Shown piece after piece: positions 52,551 through 60,894 of a stretch of 64,000 nucleotides of DNA. The stretch spans positions 576,001 through 640,000 of the forward strand of contig CBDHDF010000002.1 in assembly GCA_965261545.1 (NCBI GenBank). The letters are read 5' to 3'. The notes beneath the pieces were generated by a model that saw only the letters and a program-made list of their open reading frames with translations, did no database searches and was not told where the DNA came from. The DNA comes from Bdellovibrionales bacterium (GTDB lineage: Bacteria; Bdellovibrionota; Bdellovibrionia; Bdellovibrionales; UBA1609). The first letter of the stretch is position 1. Each line of letters opens with the position of its first letter. The position numbers and the translations under genes were made by a program.

Positions 52551-55104
52551 CAATGGCATTCGTTTAGTGAGAGATCCCATTCGGTTAAGGATTTGAACCT
52601 CTAACTCCTCGGGGGTGGGCTAACCCCAAGTTTTTTTCTTTGATCCATGTGATTATCCGTTGGCCATAGCCCCCCTAACCTCTTTACTGGGTCTCCATAC
52701 TCCGATGGGTTTTCTAGAAACTCGGTCGTAATGCCTATTCGGACGTAGCCTTTGTCGGCAGGTCTTCATATTTGTAATGATGCAATTGAGGGTTTTACTA
52801 AGCACTACCTTTTGTTGAAGAAAAAGACCTTCAATATTTCTTGCAATTGTCAGTAAATTGTTTTTAAAGTTTTTCTGCATGGTTTGTTTTTTACTATGGG
52901 ATTGAGATGTATTAAGACGGTCTTCCGTGTAGTTGGAAAATAATCTTGTCAGAGTGATAAGTGTGAAGTGTGCAAACAATTCTTGTTTGACTCCCCTTTC
53001 ACTTTGAGAATGAAACTCTTCAATGGTCATCAGTTCTTTGGATATTTTGTACAGTTCCTCTATACTCCAGCGTCCATGATAGAGATTGGCCAGATCATCA
53101 ATGGAATATTTTTTTTGATCCATTAAGGTTGTTCCTAGAACAAAAGTAGTTTGTCCAATTTTATATTTGACCAAACGCAAAGCGTAGGCTTTGAAGTCGT
53201 CTTGTGGCTTTTTTTTATGTAGTTCTTTCAGAATTTGCTTGCTAGGAATGACTTGGATCACTGAGTCTTTTTGATCATTATTAATAAATTCATCAAAAAC
53301 AGTGTTGGCATTTCTCCTTATCCTAAACACCGCATGCAGACTTCGCACCTTATGCTCATGAAGCATTTCGTAGGAATAATAGCCACGATCATAAACCACA
53401 ACATCGTTTTCAAACAATTTTTTGAAATGAGTTTGTGCAGCCTTTCTCTCATTGTTATGGGCAAAGAGATCAAAATCCACAGGAATCTTCGACTGTAGTT
53501 GGTACAGGCAACTGACAAGACCTTGAGGGTACCATGCTTTTTCCCATGGTTGCTGATACCCATTATCTACGAGTTGACGTGGTAAATTTATTTTCGATCC
53601 ATCCACTGCGAAAACCTTATGGCCCTTCCATAAGGTACTAGAATTGGATATACCGTCTTGTTTAAGAATTTCATCATGCAAAACTTTAAATATATTTTCA
53701 TCTACTTTAGCCCGTGCACTACACATAGTGGATGCCCGAACTGTTTTAGGTTGAGGGAGTTCAATGTCTAATATGCGACACTGCTCCCAAAGTTCAATCA
53801 AAGTTGTATCATAACCTTGTTTTCCTTTAGAGAAAACAAGTCGGAAGATGAAAAGTATAATCAACAATGTATTCAAGACACGTTGACGCTTTTGCCAGGT
53901 TCGGTCGTACTCATCTGCAATGATAACCACTGTCTTGATGATGTTTTGCCAAAGATGCACAAAAGAGTCCTCTAGCATAGGCTCAGCCAAGTTCTTATGT
54001 GGCTTGATGGTGGGTTTCCCGACGGGTTTCTTGATAGCGCATTGGGGGCCATTCAATAAGATAGACTGATAATTCTTTGTCAGAGGTTGAACATAAACAC
54101 CTTTTTGAGTTTTTCCCTTTACATTTTTGTAGGCACGACTCCCATTTGTTTTGCCCAAATAAAGCCAGTTGGCAGCACGATAGCTCGTGGCATTAAATTT
54201 GGTAAGGTCGACAAAAGTCTCCATGAGTACAGGTTTGAAAGCATGTTTTAACTCCCAGTCTGTGGGAAGTTGGCGAGTTGCCATAGATAAAGCCATCGAA
54301 GCAAGATGGCGAACCTTTACCCAGGGAAAGATCAAAAATCGACTATTGTTCACCACTAAATTCAAGTGCTTTTTGTAAGCTCGATTTTGCCAACCGATCC
54401 ATTCATCACGGCAAGGCAAAGTGGATGTGCCAGCTTCAAATAAAAGACAACCCAATCTTCGCCCACAATTATCTAAGATGAAATAGCGTAAGTGGGGACC
54501 AAAGGGACGTCTGTAATTGAGATAATGATGCCGATCGACAACTTCATTCCATTCCTTAATGGCCTCTTGATCAGTTACGATTTGCAAAGAAAGTGGGGTC
54601 AATGAGTCTAGTTTATCGTTGATGAGAGGCTTTTCATCTGTTCGGTGTGTCCAAGTGATTTTTTTGGAGGGGACACTCCGCTTTGACATGTCTTTTTCTG
54701 GCAGGGATAGAATGTCAAGTTCCTCTAGCGTCTCAAGCATACGAAGGCACGATTGGATGCGATGATCACCTTTGGGAGTTAGCCAACCAAGATGCTCACA
54801 AACTGTATAACCCAGTTCACGGCGACTTAAAGAAGGAAATAGCGCCACCGTCTTTTGAATGTCGGCAATTTGCTTGCGCGTCAAGCGTCTTCCAAAAAAA
54901 GTTGTTGAAGGCAATGTCTCTATGCGTGGGTCCATTTGAGTCTCTCCCCTTTGGGAATGGTTCAAATATAATGTGACACAACGATGGGGTGGACTCAAGT
55001 ATTTTTTTTCGGAAAAAGAAAAAAGATAAAAGCCCCCTTAACTCAGTATGTTAGAGGGAGTCAGAAAAATGTGGAAAAATCTTCTGCAAAAACGAATGCC
55101 ATTG
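52551..55104 (-). mobile_element. IS4-type element with DUF4338-transposase fusion (2554 bp)
   Basis: 15-bp IRs CAATGGCATTCGTTT; no TSD visible. Confidence 0.9.
52653..54998 (-). CDS. DUF4338-like N-domain fused to IS4 transposase (probable start MDPRIE, about 54935)
   Basis: HHYLNY..NNSRFLIFPWV..ETFVD..YRAANW, then AVDGS, YDRGY, YHGRWSIEELYK. Confidence 0.88.
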   Translation of the reverse strand: MSPPHRCVTLYLNHSQRGETQMDPRIETLPSTTFFGRRLTRKQIADIQKTVALFPSLSRRELGYTVCEHLGWLTPKGDHRIQSCLRMLETLEELDILSLPEKDMSKRSVPSKKITWTHRTDEKPLINDKLDSLTPLSLQIVTDQEAIKEWNEVVDRHHYLNYRRPFGPHLRYFILDNCGRRLGCLLFEAGTSTLPCRDEWIGWQNRAYKKHLNLVVNNSRFLIFPWVKVRHLASMALSMATRQLPTDWELKHAFKPVLMETFVDLTKFNATSYRAANWLYLGKTNGSRAYKNVKGKTQKGVYVQPLTKNYQSILLNGPQCAIKKPVGKPTIKPHKNLAEPMLEDSFVHLWQNIIKTVVIIADEYDRTWQKRQRVLNTLLIILFIFRLVFSKGKQGYDTTLIELWEQCRILDIELPQPKTVRASTMCSARAKVDENIFKVLHDEILKQDGISNSSTLWKGHKVFAVDGSKINLPRQLVDNGYQQPWEKAWYPQGLVSCLYQLQSKIPVDFDLFAHNNERKAAQTHFKKLFENDVVVYDRGYYSYEMLHEHKVRSLHAVFRIRRNANTVFDEFINNDQKDSVIQVIPSKQILKELHKKKPQDDFKAYALRLVKYKIGQTTFVLGTTLMDQKKYSIDDLANLYHGRWSIEELYKISKELMTIEEFHSQSERGVKQELFAHFTLITLTRLFSNYTEDRLNTSQSHSKKQTMQKNFKNNLLTIARNIEGLFLQQKVVLSKTLNCIITNMKTCRQRLRPNRHYDRVSRKPIGVWRPSKEVRGAMANG

Positions 55105-55664
55105 GCCCATCGGGGCGCTATTTTACGAAATGAGTGACCTGCTATAATTAATGTTAATATCTCTTCTTGTTTTTGTTTATTCAAGACGTTCATCCTTCCC
55201 TCCCAGGTTGTTTTCTAGAAGGTATTTTACAATACGCCTTGTCAGATATTAAATTTTAAATGGCCTGGTTTGCCCTCCCCTCCGGGCACATTCATAAATT
55301 CATTCTCTAGGTCCTTTCTAGGGAATCTCTTAATTTCTTTATGGGTCAGACAAATGTCAAAATGATTGTGCATTTTGAAATAATACCAAGGCGATCTTCT
55401 TTGTACAGAAAAATTTTGAATATTCATGATTTTTTTTCACTCTACTGATAGCTATGAATCTCAGGTATAGCCTGAATTTTTGGATTTGCCTCTTGTCTGG
55501 AACTCTTCGCACGAAGAGTTCCCTCCATGAAATATTCATGCTGTGGCCCTTGTCATAATAGAGAGTTCTTTTCCGTTCGCTCAGACTAGACTATGGTCGT
55601 GTGAAAGGGATGCCAACTTCATCCCCTCCGCCTAGCCAAATTTTACTTTCAGTCAGAACTCACA

Positions 55665-55823
55665 AAGAAAGTATCAGGTTGCTTCAGGACAGCAAAAATG
55701 GCAAAGCACTTTTGTCGGATTACCAGTTATGTCAAGACTATGAGAAACAAGGGGTTCTCTTCCTTAGAGGCCATCAATATGGCTCTCAAGGGAGAAATTC
55801 CTATGTAAGGTGCGAGCAGTTAC
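55665..55823 (+). mobile_element. IS66 right-end remnant
   Basis: KKVSGCFRT..FCRITSYVKT and terminus GAGCAGTTAC. Confidence 0.7.
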
Positions 55824-56222
55824 GTTTTAAGAGGTATGTAAAGAATGCCGTTTGTGCCTATAATTGTGTTGTCTTGGCAAGACATGAATTATCAACTGTC
55901 ACCTAAATTTATCCATTAGGAATAACAGCAATGGACCAGGTCGAAGGTGCTAAAATCTTCCAAAGGTTAGGGGTGCGTCTTCAAATCGAAAAAACTAGGG
56001 CGCAAGTCGCTTAAAGACCTTTTTCCCCTTAATCTGTAGAGTTTGTGTGGCAAATCTCCAACTCTCACTCCCCCATTGAGGCATTGGGAGGCTCAATGGG
56101 GAGTGTCAGAGAACAAAAAATGGGCCTTTTTGGACAGAAACTAACTATAGACAAATGTATAGTATTTAATTATATATAATATTATAATTGATGTGTTAAA
56201 TTAATATTTATAATATTAAGTA

Positions 56223-58562
56223 ATGAAGATAATTATATGTTTATGTTGGCTCTATTCTTTTAAATTCCTTAAAGCGTGGGTGAATTTTGCCATTGGACTT
56301 TATATTTTTATTTTCTTAAGAACAAAAGCATCTGGTTTTTCTCTTATATCCATGCTCATAGCTCTTTCTATCATGGGTTTTTCCATGACGGCTCTTATTT
56401 CCCTTATGGTAAACCATGAAAAAGGCAACCTGACTTTAAATAGAAAAATGGAAAATATTCGCCTCAAAAACAATTTGATAAGAACGATAAGGGATACAGA
56501 TATATGTTCTTGTCATTTCACTTCTTCTAGAGCCACTGCCATCAATTTAGATACAAAGGGCTTAGGGGATATCACAATGGCCTCCATTCGAAGAAGCTGC
56601 GACTTTTCATCTTCCTCTAATATTCTCTTCAAGAGTGGAGCCTTTGTTCCTGGAAGCAATCAATTGAGAGTAGCTAGCATCAAGGTCACAGGCATTAAGT
56701 TTACTGGAACAAAAAATCAATATTGGGGAAATCTCACGGTCAATTATAACCAAGATAGTTTGTCTTCAATTCTTTCACCTATTTCTGTTCCCTTTACTTT
56801 CTCTGTGGACGGGACCTCAGGAACAGAGAGTGCTCGTCCCATTCAATCCTGTTGGAATACGTCAGTGGTGCAAATTCAACAGCAAGATAATAATTGTATG
56901 ACTGTGGATCCAGCAGGGCCGGAGACTAAAGGGAGAACTCTTTTGGGGTGTGGGGGAACTTCTAATGCTTCCCACAAACATAGTACGGCCTTTGGTTATG
57001 CTGCTGGGGTTTCTTCAGGAAGTGGTAATAACACTTATCTTGGTTATCGTGCGGGGACTCAACACAGTGGAAGCCAAAGTACTTTTGTGGGATACAAAGC
57101 AGGGGAGTCCGCAGGTAATGCTTCATCCAACACAGTGGTGGGATCTCATGCAGGAAGACTTGCAACAGGGGGGGAGCAGGTTCTTATAGGAATTGAGGCA
57201 GGGGAAAAGTCCACTGGAAATAAGAATGTTTTTGTAGGATACCAGACGGGGCAAAGAAATACTAGTGGAAGTAGAAATGTAGCGTTCGGTAACTCTGCAG
57301 GACGAAACAATAGCAAAAATCACGACAATGTGCTATTGGGCCATAATGCCTTTTCCCATAATTCCTTTTCATATTATGGTGACGGGAGCGAAAATGTTGT
57401 TGTGGGTGAAAGTTCGGGTCTCAGCAGCCGAAGAAGTCGAGGCATTTTTATTCAATCAAAAGGATTCGGGACGTTTCGAAATCTTGCTATAGGTGAGTTA
57501 TCAGGAGGACACGGATCAGATAATGTGGCCATAGGTTATAAGGCAATGGGTAGTAGGAAGCAGACTGCTGGCTTCAAAAATGTTGCAGTAGGACAGTGGG
57601 CTGGAAGGAACAAAACAAAAGGTGATGAAAATACTTATGTAGGATTTAGGGCAGGAGAGTCTGGTAACGGATCCAACGTTAATGAGAATACAGCTATAGG
57701 CTCATTTGCCATGATAGGGAATGTGGGTGGCAAGAAAAATGTCATGTTAGGTTTTTCGGCAGCAGAGAAATCACCTTATGGTAATGGGAATGTTTTGGTG
57801 GGCGCTGGAGCTGGGAGGTTTCTTTCTCTGAAAAATGATAGTATTTATATAGGCGATTCGGTAGCCACTACGGGTAGCACTAAAAATTCTCAATTCATTG
57901 TGGGTGTTTTGTCGTATCTAATTATGAAGCCAAGAATTTGGATAAGAGGAACCATGACTCCAACAGGCAATCTTTATATTAATGACCAGCAAGTTGCTAT
58001 AACAAGTTCTCGACACTTGAAGAAGAATCTACGTCCCGTGAGGGATGTAAAAAAATATGTGGATCATCTCATCAAAACACCCTTGTTTACCTATGAGTAC
58101 AAAAGTAAGAATCTTCATCCTAAAAAGAATCGTATGGGATTTATATCTGAGGAGCTCCCTGAAAGCCTACAGCTTAGGAGCAAAGGTCAACTGTCCCATC
58201 CCGATTGGCCAAGTATTTATGGATATTTTTGGGCAAGCATTAAGTATCTTTACGATATGTTGGAAGGCATTAGGAAGATACTCAATGTTGAAGTGAACAA
58301 AATGAAGAATCACATAAGCCTTTTTCAAGCAAAGCACGATCGATGGTTGAACAAGACCATGGCTTCTAAGCAAGCGATTGCATATCTTAGTACTCACTTA
58401 TCTCAAGTATCCCAAGAGCTTGAAGATTCCAAGCGAGATCTTAGGGAACTCAAAAGGGATATAAAAGAGCAGTGGGAAGAAATAGAGAAACAGTTTCCTG
58501 GTGGATGGGTGCTATCGAGCTTAGAAGTCAGGGAGTTTAGTGATGGGGCTCAAAATGAGTAA
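56223..58562 (+). CDS. Pilin-like/fibre/S74-chaperone protein A2
   Basis: G|FSLISMLIALSIMG; CSCHF; SSRHLKKNL; positional paralogue of A1. Confidence 0.85.
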   Translation: MKIIICLCWLYSFKFLKAWVNFAIGLYIFIFLRTKASGFSLISMLIALSIMGFSMTALISLMVNHEKGNLTLNRKMENIRLKNNLIRTIRDTDICSCHFTSSRATAINLDTKGLGDITMASIRRSCDFSSSSNILFKSGAFVPGSNQLRVASIKVTGIKFTGTKNQYWGNLTVNYNQDSLSSILSPISVPFTFSVDGTSGTESARPIQSCWNTSVVQIQQQDNNCMTVDPAGPETKGRTLLGCGGTSNASHKHSTAFGYAAGVSSGSGNNTYLGYRAGTQHSGSQSTFVGYKAGESAGNASSNTVVGSHAGRLATGGEQVLIGIEAGEKSTGNKNVFVGYQTGQRNTSGSRNVAFGNSAGRNNSKNHDNVLLGHNAFSHNSFSYYGDGSENVVVGESSGLSSRRSRGIFIQSKGFGTFRNLAIGELSGGHGSDNVAIGYKAMGSRKQTAGFKNVAVGQWAGRNKTKGDENTYVGFRAGESGNGSNVNENTAIGSFAMIGNVGGKKNVMLGFSAAEKSPYGNGNVLVGAGAGRFLSLKNDSIYIGDSVATTGSTKNSQFIVGVLSYLIMKPRIWIRGTMTPTGNLYINDQQVAITSSRHLKKNLRPVRDVKKYVDHLIKTPLFTYEYKSKNLHPKKNRMGFISEELPESLQLRSKGQLSHPDWPSIYGYFWASIKYLYDMLEGIRKILNVEVNKMKNHISLFQAKHDRWLNKTMASKQAIAYLSTHLSQVSQELEDSKRDLRELKRDIKEQWEEIEKQFPGGWVLSSLEVREFSDGAQNE

Positions 58563-60894
58563 GCCTAGGCTACCACGGAGAACGATGATATTATTATCTC
58601 CAAGGGGAATATCTCTTGTATCTGCCTTGGTAGCTATGACTGTAATTGGTATGGCTGCACTTTCTTTTGTCTCCATGGAAGTGAGTCAAAAAAAAGAAAG
58701 TATTCTTTTAAAGCAAAGGCTCACTCATATTGGTTTGGAATCATTTATAACACAGACCTTGTATACGGGAACTTGCTCCTGTCACTTTGACCCTACTGTG
58801 AATACGTCAGCAGCTGCGGGGACACTCAATCTTAATACAAGTACATTGGCTGATATTAATTTGCAATCCATACGAACAGGCTGTGCGTTTAGTAGTGATG
58901 ACAATGTAATTCTAAAGGTCAACAAGGAGGTTCCTGACAGTGTAGGTCTTATTGTGAGCCGCATTGCTGTCAAGAATTTAACACCCACAGGAAGCACCGA
59001 TGAATACTCTGGAAATCTTGTTGTCAACTACACGAAATCGAGCCAAAAGCGTCTCCTCAATCCCATTTCTATACCCCTCATTTTTTCTATTGATTCCACA
59101 TTGGGAACTCCCTTGGCAAGGTCCATTCAATCTTGTTGGAAAGATAAATTGACACAAGATCAATATCCTCCTGAATGTGCTCAAATGACGGGGGATGGCC
59201 AGAAGAATCATCTTGTGGGGTGTCAGATATCACAGCCCCCCTTTTACGGAAATACAACACTTGGCTTTAACTCGGGAGTGACGGGGCAGTTTGATTGGAA
59301 TAGAAAAGGAACCAGCTTAGGCTTTCAGGCCGGGAAAGGAAAGTATATAGGCCAAGAGCGAGGGTACCTGAGTTCTTCTGAGAATACTCTCTTAGGTTTT
59401 AAGTCAGCCAATAGATTTGGAGGTGGTCGCCGTTTAACTCTCATTGGTCCTCAATTCATAGGTCCGGTTATGGCTAATGGGGCCCCTAACAAGACAGATG
59501 AAGCAACATTGATTGGTTTGAATATGGGACGTGACTATGTTCTAAGTACAAGGGCGACTGTAGCTATAGGCACTGATTCGGGACGAAACCCCTCAAAAAA
59601 ATTTCTCGCCGTTCATAAGTCTCTTTTTATTGGCACTAGTACTGTTGGCAACGGTCACCAAGATCCCCGCCAAACGATCATAGGTTACCAGGCAAAGGCA
59701 AGGCCAAAGATCGAGAATATCTCTGAGACCACATCCATTGGAACGCAAGCAAAATCAAAGTATGGAATATCTATTGGTCACAATAGTGGGAATAATTCTT
59801 CAAGAGGCCTTTTCATCGGTAGTGGTGCTGGAAAAAATACACTTATTGAGAACGTGCTGGCAATTGGTTTTGAAGCATCTCCAAAACAGCAGTCTACTGG
59901 AGATTATAATACTTTTTTAGGTGCAAGATCGGCTCATAACTTTGTGGGTGGGGGGCCACCTGGATCCTTTGTCTATGCCTATCATTTGAGTTCTGGATGG
60001 AATACTGCTTCCATCGCTGGGGATGGGGCGAGGAATGTGTTTATCGGTGCTGACTCTGGGCTTTCGCTGGTATCTGGAGGCTACAATCTCTACGTAGGTG
60101 CTTCTTCAGCTTCTTATGTTGTCCATAGCAGCAAGAATGTTTGTATAGGTTGGAATTCTTGTAAAAAAGCCACAACTTCCATAGGAGGTAATACCATAAT
60201 AGGAGCTGATGCTGGAACGGGAATTGGTGGGCGTAGCAATATATATATTGGTTATGGCGTGGGAAAAGCAGGAACTCATCAGAGTCATTATGATGATCGA
60301 TTTGTGTTGGGAACCCACAATCGTGACCAATGGCTGAATGGATCAATGGATATACTTTCAACACTTTATGTCAATAACAGGCCGCTAAACACAGCAAGTT
60401 CAAGGGCTTTAAAGAAAAACATAGGCTCTGTAATGAATCTTAAAAAATACTTTCAATTTATACTAAAAACCCCTCTCTTTACCTATCAATACAAAGATCC
60501 CAGTCGTTATCCTGACAAAATACGCATGGGTGTGATCTCTGAGGAGCTTCCTAACTATTTGCAAATTAAAAAAGAAGGGGAACTCTCTCAACCCGATTGG
60601 GTAAGTATCTATGGACTCTTTGCGGCCAGCATTAAATGGATATACAACTCTATCATAATTTCCGAGAAAATTGCGTTTGATAAAGTGAAAGCATTCACAG
60701 ATTTATTAATTGACCTTGGACAGAATGACAAGAATATGAATGCGGATATGGATCAATGGACTAAAGATTTTGCCATAGCAAAGAATCATATCCATACTTC
60801 GAAAAGTAAGATGAAAAAAGTAAGAGGTCAAATATCAGATGTGAGAAATTATATAAGGAAAAAATGGAAAATTTTTTATGATCAGAGTCAATAA
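58540..60894 (+). CDS. Pilin-like/fibre/S74-chaperone protein B2 (likely start 58555)
   Basis: G|ISLVSALVAMTVIG; CSCHF; SSRALKKNI; paralogue of B1. Confidence 0.85.
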   Translation: MMGLKMSKPRLPRRTMILLSPRGISLVSALVAMTVIGMAALSFVSMEVSQKKESILLKQRLTHIGLESFITQTLYTGTCSCHFDPTVNTSAAAGTLNLNTSTLADINLQSIRTGCAFSSDDNVILKVNKEVPDSVGLIVSRIAVKNLTPTGSTDEYSGNLVVNYTKSSQKRLLNPISIPLIFSIDSTLGTPLARSIQSCWKDKLTQDQYPPECAQMTGDGQKNHLVGCQISQPPFYGNTTLGFNSGVTGQFDWNRKGTSLGFQAGKGKYIGQERGYLSSSENTLLGFKSANRFGGGRRLTLIGPQFIGPVMANGAPNKTDEATLIGLNMGRDYVLSTRATVAIGTDSGRNPSKKFLAVHKSLFIGTSTVGNGHQDPRQTIIGYQAKARPKIENISETTSIGTQAKSKYGISIGHNSGNNSSRGLFIGSGAGKNTLIENVLAIGFEASPKQQSTGDYNTFLGARSAHNFVGGGPPGSFVYAYHLSSGWNTASIAGDGARNVFIGADSGLSLVSGGYNLYVGASSASYVVHSSKNVCIGWNSCKKATTSIGGNTIIGADAGTGIGGRSNIYIGYGVGKAGTHQSHYDDRFVLGTHNRDQWLNGSMDILSTLYVNNRPLNTASSRALKKNIGSVMNLKKYFQFILKTPLFTYQYKDPSRYPDKIRMGVISEELPNYLQIKKEGELSQPDWVSIYGLFAASIKWIYNSIIISEKIAFDKVKAFTDLLIDLGQNDKNMNADMDQWTKDFAIAKNHIHTSKSKMKKVRGQISDVRNYIRKKWKIFYDQSQ

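Larger units (their letters stand above)
50710..55288 (-). mobile_element. IS21 family C, decayed: istB remnant 50796..52540 (split by IS3), istA 5' stub 55116..55193
   Basis: CCCGGAGGGG inverted ends with AAACCA..CCATTT repeats; GSPGTGKSH, IIDDL; MNVLNKQKQEEILTLIIAGHSFRKIA. Confidence 0.75.
50421..56143 (+). mobile_element. Remnant ends of the ISNCY/IS5-like IS (50421-50708 and 55824-56143) enclosing nested IS
   Basis: Match 11966-12244 and about 13796-14114. Confidence 0.82.
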
